This document shows positions 16,904 through 25,364 of a DNA stretch of 64,000 nucleotides, piece after piece. This stretch comes from Actinomycetota bacterium. GTDB lineage: Bacteria > Actinomycetota > UBA4738. Each line of letters opens with the position of its first letter. The first letter of the stretch is position 1. A program made the translations under genes and the position numbers. The stretch covers positions 8,309 to 72,308 of the forward strand of contig DASXAQ010000127.1 of assembly GCA_036406615.1 (NCBI GenBank). The letters are read 5' to 3'. The notes under the pieces were generated by a model that searched no databases, was not told where the DNA came from, and saw only the letters and a program-made list of their open reading frames with translations.

Positions 16904-19237
16904 TCAGCCGATCCGGTAGCTGGCGCTGGACAACACGACCCGCGGTTCGAACAGCAGCAGGCGCTTGATGAACAGCGCCCGCTGGTTGTGCAACAGGTGG
17001 TGCCACCAGGTGCGCACGACCAGCTCTGGCACGATCGCCGACACCAGCGATCCCGGGCGCCCGGTGATGCGGCGGACCTCGTCGAGCATCGGCGGCCCCA
17101 GGTCGCGGAACGGCGCTTCGACGATGTCCAGCTCCATTGGGATACGCGCCTCGAGCCAATCCGCCTGCACGCGCTCGACGTCGCCGGCCTCCATCGCGAA
17201 GAACACGGCGCGCGTGCGGTCCGCGCGAAGAGCGCGCGCGTACCGGGCGGCGCGGATCGTGGCGGCGTGCACCTCGGAGACGAACAGCAGCGCCTCGGTG
17301 CGGGCGGGGATCAGCGGACGCAGGTCCGGTTCGCCCGAGGGATCGCGGACGACCGGGACGTCGGTGACGACAACCTGCGGTTCGGCGAGCAGCCGCAGCT
17401 TGAGCTGGAACGACGTCCGGTGCCGGACCGCCGACACGAGCGACGTCTGCGTGAACAGCTCGGGGATCACCACCGTGACGAACCCGTCCTCGCCACGCGG
17501 GATCGAACGGATGTACTCGAGCACCGCGCCGGCCTCGCCGCGGCCGGAGAGCGCCTCGAGGCCGGCAGACACGCGGCTGAACTCCGGCCACCGCGCCGCC
17601 AGGTCCGCCGCGGACCCGTTGGCCGGGAGCGCGACGGCGCGGAGATCGCGGCCGGCGAACGAGCGGACGTAGCCGACGGCCTCGGCCGTCGCCTCGTCCA
17701 GGTCCTGCACGACGAGCACGACCGTGTTGTCGGGGCGCGGCGGCTCGGCGTCCCGCCCGACCGCGGCGGTTCCGGCCATCGGCTCGGCCCGCACTCGCAG
17801 GTGCTCCGTCACCGTCTCGTAGTGGCGGTGGATGGCGCGGAACCCCACGATCATCAGCGGGATGCCCGCGAGCACCACCCAGACGCCCTCCTTGAACCTC
17901 GCCTGCACGATGATCGCCACGATCAACAGCGTCGCCGACGCGCCCGTCGCGTTGATCACCATGCTGCGCTGCCACGCGCCGGGCGGGTCGGGGCGGTTGC
18001 CGCGGCGCTGCCAGTAGCGGACCATGCCGGCCTGCGACAGGGTGAAGGCGGTGAACACGCCCACCGCGTACAGCGGGATGAGCTCGCCGACGTTCGCGTC
18101 GAACGCCCAGATCAGCAGCCCCGACAGGACGGCCAGCGCGATCATGCCGTTCGAGAACACGAGACGGTCGCCCAGGTTCTCGAACTGCCTGGGCAGGAAC
18201 CCGTCCCGCGCCATCATCGCGGCCAGCCTCGGGAACCCCTGGAAGGACGTGTTGGCCGCCAGCACCAGGATCGCGAACGTGAACGCCTGGATCACGTAGA
18301 ACATCCAGTGCACGCCCGCATCCGTCGTGAACGCGGCGCGGCCGATCGACGACAGCAGCGACACCGAGTGGCTCGGCGTGGCATCCATCTTGTTGGCCAG
18401 AAACGCGATCCCGAGCACCAGCATGATGGCGATCGCCCCGAGGACCGCGAGCGTCGCGGCGGCGTTTCGACCCTGCGGCCGGCGGAAGATCGTCACCGCG
18501 TTCGAGATCGCCTCCACGCCGGTCAGCGCCGACGACCCGACGGCGAAGGCCTGCAGGATGACCAGCAGATCAACCTCGAGCTCGCCGGCGATGACCTGGT
18601 CCGGCGCCACCGCCTTCGGGCAGTCCCCCAGGCAGCGCGCCACCCCGACGATGATCAGCAGGAAAGCCGCAACGATGAAGCCGTACGTCGGGATGGCGAA
18701 CAGGAACCCGGACTCCCGGAGCCCGCGCAGGTTCATGACCGTGATCAGGCCGACGAAGAACAGGGACAGCGGCACCTTGTACGGGATCAGGCCGTGCGCG
18801 ACCGACGTGATCGCCACGACACCGGCCACGACGGACACCGCAACCGTCAGCACGTAGCCGACGAGCAGGGCCGACGACGCCACCAGCGCCGGCAGCGTGC
18901 CGAGGTTGTCCTTGGCCACGACGTACGCGCCGCCGCTCGTCGAGTACGCGCGAACCGTCTGCCGATACGACGTGATGACGATCGCCATCAACAAGGCCAC
19001 GGCCAGCGAGATCGGGACCACGTACTGGCGCGACTGCAGCGAGGCCGCCAGCAGCACGACCAGCGTCGCCTCCACGGTGTACGCGACCGAGGACAGTGCG
19101 TCCGCCGACAACACGGGCAACGCCAGGGTCTTCGGCAGGAGTTCGTGAAGGGCCCGGCCGCTGTGCATCCGACGGCCGAGCAGGAGGCGCTTCGCCAGAT
19201 CGAAGCCGTCCCCCCGAGCGGCCGCCCCCTCAGCCAT
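16904..19237 (-). CDS. APC-superfamily transporter with tandem Usp-like cytoplasmic C-terminal domains (KimA-like putative K+ transporter), paralog 2
   Basis: Also 777 aa, with conserved blocks matching 14536..16869 throughout (LLPKTLALPVLSADALSSVAYTVEATL...FIKRLLLFEPRVVLSS). The two genes are 35 nt apart, so likely co-transcribed, and divergent from ceoB. Confidence 0.8.
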   Translation of the reverse strand: MAEGAAARGDGFDLAKRLLLGRRMHSGRALHELLPKTLALPVLSADALSSVAYTVEATLVVLLAASLQSRQYVVPISLAVALLMAIVITSYRQTVRAYSTSGGAYVVAKDNLGTLPALVASSALLVGYVLTVAVSVVAGVVAITSVAHGLIPYKVPLSLFFVGLITVMNLRGLRESGFLFAIPTYGFIVAAFLLIIVGVARCLGDCPKAVAPDQVIAGELEVDLLVILQAFAVGSSALTGVEAISNAVTIFRRPQGRNAAATLAVLGAIAIMLVLGIAFLANKMDATPSHSVSLLSSIGRAAFTTDAGVHWMFYVIQAFTFAILVLAANTSFQGFPRLAAMMARDGFLPRQFENLGDRLVFSNGMIALAVLSGLLIWAFDANVGELIPLYAVGVFTAFTLSQAGMVRYWQRRGNRPDPPGAWQRSMVINATGASATLLIVAIIVQARFKEGVWVVLAGIPLMIVGFRAIHRHYETVTEHLRVRAEPMAGTAAVGRDAEPPRPDNTVVLVVQDLDEATAEAVGYVRSFAGRDLRAVALPANGSAADLAARWPEFSRVSAGLEALSGRGEAGAVLEYIRSIPRGEDGFVTVVIPELFTQTSLVSAVRHRTSFQLKLRLLAEPQVVVTDVPVVRDPSGEPDLRPLIPARTEALLFVSEVHAATIRAARYARALRADRTRAVFFAMEAGDVERVQADWLEARIPMELDIVEAPFRDLGPPMLDEVRRITGRPGSLVSAIVPELVVRTWWHHLLHNQRALFIKRLLLFEPRVVLSSASYRIG

Positions 19238-19329
19238 CGCCGCATTGTAGTGCGGCGGTCTTCGTCGGGCGCACCGCGGACGCGCCCACGACTGTTGGGA
19301 TCGCTACGCGCCCGCGTTAGGCTTCGCGG

Positions 19330-19992
19330 ATGCACATCGTGATCATGGGGTGCGGCCGGGTCGGCGTGGCCACCACCGTCGAACTGGCCAAGCGGGGGCA
19401 CTCCGTGGCGATCATCGACAAGAGCGCCTCGGCGTTCGACAAGCTGCCTCCCGGCTTCGAGGCGAAGACGATCGTGGGGCTCGGGTTCGACCGCACCGTG
19501 CTCGAAGCGGCGGAGATCGAGAAGGCCGGCGCCTTCGTGGCGGTCTCCAGCGGCGACAACTCCAACATCGTGTCGGCCCGGATCGCTCGCGAGCACTACC
19601 ACGTCAAGAAGGTGATCGCGCGCATCTACGACCCCCGCCGGGCCGAGATCTACGAGCGGCTGAACATCCCCACGGTCGCCTCGGTGCGCTGGGCGGCCAA
19701 CCAGATCCAGTTCCTGCTGTTCCACGGCAAGGAGGAGATGCGCGACACGGTGGCCGGCGGTTCGTTGCTGCACTACGCGCGCGAGGTGCCCGACCACCTG
19801 ATCGGCAAGCCGATCTCGTCGGTCGAGGCCGAGGGCAGGATCGACGTCAGCGCCGTCGAACGCGGCGGGAGCGGCTTCCTGCCGGTGCCGGGCAGCACGT
19901 TCCAGCAGGGCGACCTCGCCCACTTCCTGGTGACGAAGGACGCCATGGAGGAGCTGGACGTGCTGCTGCAGCCGGTCGCCGAGGAAGTCTGA
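19330..19992 (+). CDS. ceoB: TrkA-family K+ uptake regulatory protein (RCK N+C domains)
   Basis: 220 aa. MHIVIMGCGRVGVATTVELAKRGHSVAIIDK is a Rossmann NAD-binding TrkA-N domain, followed by a TrkA-C domain. Arrangement matches the ceoB/ceoC pair of mycobacteria. Confidence 0.85.
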   Translation: MHIVIMGCGRVGVATTVELAKRGHSVAIIDKSASAFDKLPPGFEAKTIVGLGFDRTVLEAAEIEKAGAFVAVSSGDNSNIVSARIAREHYHVKKVIARIYDPRRAEIYERLNIPTVASVRWAANQIQFLLFHGKEEMRDTVAGGSLLHYAREVPDHLIGKPISSVEAEGRIDVSAVERGGSGFLPVPGSTFQQGDLAHFLVTKDAMEELDVLLQPVAEEV

Positions 19993-20014
19993 TGGTGGCG
20001 GAGGGATCGGGACG

Positions 20015-20677
20015 ATGAAGGTCGTGGTCACCGGCGCAGGCAACGTCGGTCGCCATCTGTCGATCGACCTGTGCGAGCGGGGGCACGACGTCACGCTGAT
20101 CGAACAGGGCAAGGCCGCCGCCGACCGGGCGCGCCAGGAGCTGCCGGCCGGCGTGACCGTCCTGCTGGGCGACGCGTGCGAGCCCTACGTGCTGGAAGAG
20201 GCCAAGCTCGGCGAGGCCGACGTCATCGTGGCGGCCACGGGCGACGACGAGGACAACCTGGTGACGTCGTTGCTGGCCAAGCAGGAGTTCGCCGTGCCCC
20301 GGGTCGTCGCGCGCGTGAACCACCCGAACAACGAGTGGATGTTCACCGAGCAGTGGGGGGTGGACGCGGCCGTCAGCCCGCCGCACATCCTGACGGCCCT
20401 GGTCGAGGAGGCCGTCACCGTCGGCGACGTCGTGCAGCTGTTGAAGCTGGAGCGCGGACGCGTCGCGCTGGTGGAGCTGACGCTGGAACAGCGGTCGGGG
20501 GTGGCCGGCAAGCCCATGTACGAGCTCCGCCTGCCGGTGGACTCGAGCATCGTCGCCATCATCCGCGAGGGCCACGTGGTGATCCCGCAGCCCGAGACGG
20601 TGCTCGTCGCCGGGGACGAGCTGATCGCCATCGCCACGCCGGAGGTCGAAGACGACCTGCGGCGCGCCCTGGAGTGA
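20015..20677 (+). CDS. ceoC: TrkA-family K+ uptake regulatory protein (RCK N+C domains)
   Basis: 220 aa. MKVVVTGAGNVGRHLSIDLCERGHDVTLIEQ is TrkA-N, followed by TrkA-C. It is the second gene of the tandem pair. Confidence 0.85.
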   Translation: MKVVVTGAGNVGRHLSIDLCERGHDVTLIEQGKAAADRARQELPAGVTVLLGDACEPYVLEEAKLGEADVIVAATGDDEDNLVTSLLAKQEFAVPRVVARVNHPNNEWMFTEQWGVDAAVSPPHILTALVEEAVTVGDVVQLLKLERGRVALVELTLEQRSGVAGKPMYELRLPVDSSIVAIIREGHVVIPQPETVLVAGDELIAIATPEVEDDLRRALE

Positions 20678-20685
20678 CCCCGGCC

Positions 20686-23600
20686 CTAGCGGGACGGGCG
20701 GGGCGGGCGCCGGTTCGCGTCCCCGAGCGGCCCCGGCTCCAGCCCGAAACGGGTCGTCAGCTGGTCCGCGCGCTCGACGTCGCCGGCCGCCGCCCAGCAG
20801 CGCGCCGCCTGGTAGGGAAGCGACATCGCGTCATACATGGCCGCCGCCTCCGCGAATAACGACGCGTCACCGTCCACGATCGCGGCCGACTCCGTGAGCG
20901 CGACCCCGATCGAGACGTGGTCCTTCGCGTGCGGCTCCACGCGTTCGCGAAGCGCGGCCGCCTGGTCCGGCACCAGTCGCGTGGCCGTGACCAGCAGCCG
21001 CGCACAGGGCGTCACCGACGGAGTCTCGAGCGCGACGCGCACGCCCTCGGTGATGGCCAGCCGTGCCGCCGCGACGTTGCCCTCGGCCTCCTCCAGTTCG
21101 GCCTCGACGCCGAGCGCGCGGTAGAGGAACAACGCCATCTGGCCGCGCCGCACCGAAGGCAGCACCTCCTGGAGCGTCGCTCGGGCCTCGCGGAAGCGGC
21201 CGGTCCGGATGCACGCCAGCGCCAGGGTCGTGCCGGCCACGGTGATGCCGGGCGAGATCAACAGCGAACGGCGCGGCCCCAGGATCTCGCGACACAGGTG
21301 CTCGGCCTCGTCGAAGCGCCCGACCTCCACGAGCATGGACGCCTCCAGGGCGGCCAGCACCCATTCGAAGCTCGGGGCTCCCAGGCGTCGCATCGCCTCG
21401 CGCCCCTCGTACGACACGGTCGTGCCCTCCACGACGTCCAGCAACTCGGCCAGGGACAGTGAGAGGTTCACGTACGCTCGCGCTGCCGCCTCAACGTCGG
21501 AAGCTCGTTCGGCGAGCACCAGTGCGTCGCGGATGCGGTCGGTGCCGGACGGATCGCCGTGCAGGACCTCGAACATGCCCAGGCTCGTCATCAGGCTCGA
21601 CCGAACGATGTCCAGGTCGGTGCCGGCGGTCCCCTCCAGCGCGGCCAGGCCCCGGCGCGCAAGGTCGGCGCCCTCGTCGCTCTGCGCCGAGACGATCAGC
21701 ATCGAGGTCAGCCACGCGAACGCGCGACCCAGGTCCTCGGAAGGCCCGGCCGGCTCGAGCAGGTCGATCGCCTGCATCAGCGCGTCCGATGCCATCGCGG
21801 CTTCGCCCCCGAAGAAATAGGAGCGGCCGAGCATGGCCAGGGCCGCCCCCGCCTCGAGCGTGCGTCCGAGCGAGCGCCAGCCGGATTCGGCCTCGATGAA
21901 CATCGTGCGCGCGGTCCCCGGGTCGCCGCTCACCAGCGCCGCGAACCCGAGCTTCGTCAGCAGCTCCAGCCGGCCCTCCTCATCGCCCTGCCCCCAGAGC
22001 CGAAGGGCCATCTGGTAGCGGTCCCGCGCTTCGACGAACCCCATGCGACGGCTCGCCGTGTCTCCGGCCGCGAGCGCGTAGAACCGCGACTTCTCCGGGA
22101 GGTCGGCCTTGTCGTAGTGCTCGGCGAGCATCTCGAGCGACAGCGGGTCGTCGCTGGTCCGGCGCTCCAGAGCTCGGGCGACCGTCGCGTGCATCTCGCG
22201 CCGCGTCGCCGCCGGGATCGACGCGTACGTCACCTCCTGGATGAGCGCATGCTTGAACGTCCAGCGCCCCGGACCCTCGTTGACGATCAGCTGCCCGTGT
22301 CCGAGCTCCTCGAGGACCGCGCCGAGGTCCCGATCGTCCACGACGGCCTCCAGGAGCTCGCGCGTGAACGAGCGGCCGAGCACCGACCCCGCCTGGAGCG
22401 CGTGGCGCAACCGCGCGTCCAGCCGGTCGATCCGGGCCAGGATCGTCCCCTCGATGGTGTGCGGCACGTGGGCCGCGCCCTCCGACAGGCTCGCGCGATC
22501 GTCGTGCACGGTCAGCGCGCCCAGCTCGATCAGGGCCTGCAACAACTCTTCGACGAAGAACGGGTTGCCCTCGGCCCGCGCGATCACCAGCTGCTCGAGG
22601 TTGGCCGGAAGCTCCGACACCTGCAGGAAGCCGGCGGCAACCCGCAGGCTGTCGTCGACGGACAGCGGCTCCAGCCGGATGTCGGTCCGGCTCGAGCGTA
22701 CGGCTTCGGGAACAGCCGGGCGAAAGCCGGGGCGCGACGCCAGCACCAGCAGAAGCGGAACCCCCGTCAGGTGCTTCAGCAGAAACGCCAGCAGGTCCAT
22801 GGTCGAGCGGTCGCTCAGCTGCAGGTCGTCGAGGACGATCAGCGTGGGGCGATCGTGAATCGCCTCGAGCAGGAACTGCCAGACGCCGGCGAACACCTGC
22901 TCGCGGCGCTGTTCGTCCGCCATGAGGACCACCGGCGGGGACTCCCCCATCCCGAGCAGCGCCGCGAGCAGGGGCGCCACCTCCTCGCCGACCCCGGCGT
23001 CGTCGAGCAGCTGTCGCAGCCGCCCGGCGTCGGGCGGCGCCTCGCCGAGGATCCCGTACAGGACCTCGAGCAGGGGGCCGAACGCCAGCTCGCCCGAGCA
23101 GGCGACCCGGACCTCCAACGCGCCGTGGACGGCGAATTCCGACAGGAGCCGGGACTTGCCCACGCCCGGTTCGCCGACCAGCGACACCACGTGGGTGTTG
23201 CCCTTTGCCGCGCTCGACCAGAGCAGCGAGAGCAGCGCGCGCTCGTCCGCGCGACCGACGAACGCCGCCTCCCGGCGAGGGACCATCGGCCGCGGCCCGG
23301 TCAGGCGGTACGCCTCGACGACCCGGTCGCCATCGTCCATCTCGAGCGGCCCCAGGTGATGCCCCTCGAAGTCCTCTCGGACCGCCCGCCACGTCGATTC
23401 GCTCACCATCAGCGCCCCCGGGCCCGCTGCCTGGCGCAGCCGCGTCGCCGCCGTCTCCGAGGCGGCCGTCCGGCCGGACCGAGCCGGCGACGCGGTGTCG
23501 ATGCCGATCCGCAGGTCGACCGGCGCGCCAAGGCCCTCGGACCGGGCCCGGTGCACTTGTAACATGCCGAGCGCGGACTCGACAGCCCGGCGCGGATCGT

Positions 23601-24639
23601 CCTCGTGGCGCTGGCGTTCGCCGAACGACGCCACGAGCGTCTCCCCGACGAAGCGTTCGACCGCGCCCCCTCGCCGCTCGATCTCGCGGCGCATCCCGTC
23701 GAAGTAGCGCCCGGCCACGTGCCGGAACTCCCGCGGGTCGAGCTTGTCCTTCAGCTCGGCGAAGCCGGCTGCCGCCGCGGACAGGATCGTCACGGCGTTC
23801 TCCTCGAGCGTCGCCTCCCCATCGCTCGCGCCCGGGGTCATCGCCTGCACGGCGGCGCCCGCTCCCGCGACCAGGGCGCCGGGATCCCCGTCGTACAGCA
23901 CCGGGTCCTGCCGCAGGATCTGCTGCTCCAGCCGCTGCAGCGGCAGGCCCGGATCGATGCCGAGCTCGTCCGCAAGCGCCTGGCGCCCCTCGCGGTAGAC
24001 GGCCAGCGCCTCGGCCTGCCGCCCCGATCGAAACAGCGCCAGCATCAACAGGCCGCGAAGGCGCTCGCGCACCGGGTGCGCCGCGACGAGCTTCTCGAGC
24101 TCGCCCACGGCCTCGGCGTGATGGCCGAGCGCCAGGTCGCACTGGATCCGATCCTCGACGGCCAGCTGGTGCATGGCCTCCAGCCGGCCGATCTCCGACT
24201 GCGCGAAGGAGTCGAACGTGAAGTCCGCCAGCGCCGGTCCGCGCCAGAGCTCGAGCGCCTCCTTGAGGACCGACCGCGCCTCCTCCGGGTCCTCGGCCAT
24301 CCGCGCTCTCGCGCTTGACGTCATGGACTCGAACCGCCCGGCGTCGATGTCCTCGGCGCTCGCGCGCAGGACGTAGCCAGGCTTCACGGTGCCGAGCGGC
24401 CCGTCGCCGCCTCCGAGCGCCTTGCGCAGGCCCGAGACATACCCCTGGATCAGGTTCGCGCTGCTGTCCGGAAGCTCTTCGCCCCACAGCAGATCAGCGA
24501 GCAGGTCCGCGGAGACGGGGCGGCCCGGGTTCAACAGCAGGATCGCGAGCAGGGCTCGCTGCTTCGGCGGACCGAGCGACAGCACCTCGTCGTCTCGATG
24601 GACCTCGAGTGGTCCCAGGATGCGGAAATCGAGTCCCAT
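20686..24639 (-). CDS. PimR-like large regulator: SARP winged-helix + BTAD + degenerate class III cyclase-homology domain + NB-ARC/STAND ATPase + TPR-like helical C-terminus
   Basis: ORF 20686..24720; the likely start is M28 (MGLDFRILGPLEV...), which is the SARP N-terminus. The cyclase-like segment reads ILSAAAAGFAEL...VGETLVASFG...RIGIDTASP, with the metal-binding Asp positions replaced by Ala and Glu. Walker A is GEPGVGKSRL and Walker B is LIVLDDLQ. The C-terminal ~700 aa is helical-repeat sequence. Confidence 0.8.
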   Translation of the reverse strand: MGLDFRILGPLEVHRDDEVLSLGPPKQRALLAILLLNPGRPVSADLLADLLWGEELPDSSANLIQGYVSGLRKALGGGDGPLGTVKPGYVLRASAEDIDAGRFESMTSSARARMAEDPEEARSVLKEALELWRGPALADFTFDSFAQSEIGRLEAMHQLAVEDRIQCDLALGHHAEAVGELEKLVAAHPVRERLRGLLMLALFRSGRQAEALAVYREGRQALADELGIDPGLPLQRLEQQILRQDPVLYDGDPGALVAGAGAAVQAMTPGASDGEATLEENAVTILSAAAAGFAELKDKLDPREFRHVAGRYFDGMRREIERRGGAVERFVGETLVASFGERQRHEDDPRRAVESALGMLQVHRARSEGLGAPVDLRIGIDTASPARSGRTAASETAATRLRQAAGPGALMVSESTWRAVREDFEGHHLGPLEMDDGDRVVEAYRLTGPRPMVPRREAAFVGRADERALLSLLWSSAAKGNTHVVSLVGEPGVGKSRLLSEFAVHGALEVRVACSGELAFGPLLEVLYGILGEAPPDAGRLRQLLDDAGVGEEVAPLLAALLGMGESPPVVLMADEQRREQVFAGVWQFLLEAIHDRPTLIVLDDLQLSDRSTMDLLAFLLKHLTGVPLLLVLASRPGFRPAVPEAVRSSRTDIRLEPLSVDDSLRVAAGFLQVSELPANLEQLVIARAEGNPFFVEELLQALIELGALTVHDDRASLSEGAAHVPHTIEGTILARIDRLDARLRHALQAGSVLGRSFTRELLEAVVDDRDLGAVLEELGHGQLIVNEGPGRWTFKHALIQEVTYASIPAATRREMHATVARALERRTSDDPLSLEMLAEHYDKADLPEKSRFYALAAGDTASRRMGFVEARDRYQMALRLWGQGDEEGRLELLTKLGFAALVSGDPGTARTMFIEAESGWRSLGRTLEAGAALAMLGRSYFFGGEAAMASDALMQAIDLLEPAGPSEDLGRAFAWLTSMLIVSAQSDEGADLARRGLAALEGTAGTDLDIVRSSLMTSLGMFEVLHGDPSGTDRIRDALVLAERASDVEAAARAYVNLSLSLAELLDVVEGTTVSYEGREAMRRLGAPSFEWVLAALEASMLVEVGRFDEAEHLCREILGPRRSLLISPGITVAGTTLALACIRTGRFREARATLQEVLPSVRRGQMALFLYRALGVEAELEEAEGNVAAARLAITEGVRVALETPSVTPCARLLVTATRLVPDQAAALRERVEPHAKDHVSIGVALTESAAIVDGDASLFAEAAAMYDAMSLPYQAARCWAAAGDVERADQLTTRFGLEPGPLGDANRRPPRPSR

Positions 24640-24994
24640 CAGACGCAACCTCCGCGGGCAGGCATGGACGGTAGCACGATCGAGCATCGAACGAGAACGC
24701 CGGCCGAGGGCTGAACGCACTGCTCAAGGGCGTCTCCAGCCGATCGCAAGAGGACGTCCAGCGCGAGCCGCCACCCTGTCGCACGAAACTGGGAGGGTTG
24801 CGTGCACTGGTGGATCTGGGCGCTCGTGAGCTGGCTCGTGGTCTGCGGCCCCTGTGCCGTGGTGTTGGGCCGGTTCCTCGGCGCGGCGAGCGGGCTGCCG
24901 CGGCCGCGATCGTCGCGCCGGCGCGGGCGCCCGGCGAAGGGCGGCGGCGGCACGCACGCCGTCGCGCCGCGAGCGCGGAGTTCGGGGTCGGCCC

Positions 24995-25360
24995 TCAGGC
25001 GGTGACGAACTCGAACGTCGGGTTCACCATGCGGAGCATGCCCCCGTCGAGCCCGAGCACCCCCTCGAGGACCAGGCGAGACCCCAGCGTGAGGCCGGGG
25101 ATCGTCCTTCGCCCGAGCCATTCGACCGCCACCTCGCCGGTGCCGTCGGAGAACAGCACGCCGAGCGCATCGAACCCCTTCACCGGGCGGATCGAGATCC
25201 GCCGCACGGCCCCCGCAAGGCGAACCCGGGCGCGGACCGGAGCCTCGGCGATCCGAACGGTCCCGGACAGGCCGTCGGCCCATTCGCGGACCTCGGCGGC
25301 CAGGCGGTCTTCGTCGGTTTCGGTCAGCCGGTCGCGAATGCGACGGCGCTTCGAAGGCAC
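24995..25360 (-). CDS. OB-fold nucleic-acid-binding domain protein
   Basis: 121 aa from GTG 25360, 5 nt after the hppA stop. The 162-aa track ORF would overlap hppA by 118 nt. Sequence VKGFDALGVLFSDGTGEVAVEWLGRRTIPGLTLGSRLVLEGVL looks like a tRNA_anti-type OB fold. Confidence 0.5.
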   Translation of the reverse strand: MPSKRRRIRDRLTETDEDRLAAEVREWADGLSGTVRIAEAPVRARVRLAGAVRRISIRPVKGFDALGVLFSDGTGEVAVEWLGRRTIPGLTLGSRLVLEGVLGLDGGMLRMVNPTFEFVTA

Positions 25361-25364
25361 CGCC

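Noticed and set aside
19238-19329. Possible c-di-AMP (ydaO-type) riboswitch upstream of the KimA-like operon
   Set aside because: The divergent intergenic region is only ~90 nt. It is too short for the ~110-150-nt ydaO fold, and no conserved ydaO features were seen.
15452-19342. Long plus-strand ORFs (251 aa and 952 aa) opposite the transporter genes
   Set aside because: They are shadow ORFs of the minus-strand KimA-like genes.
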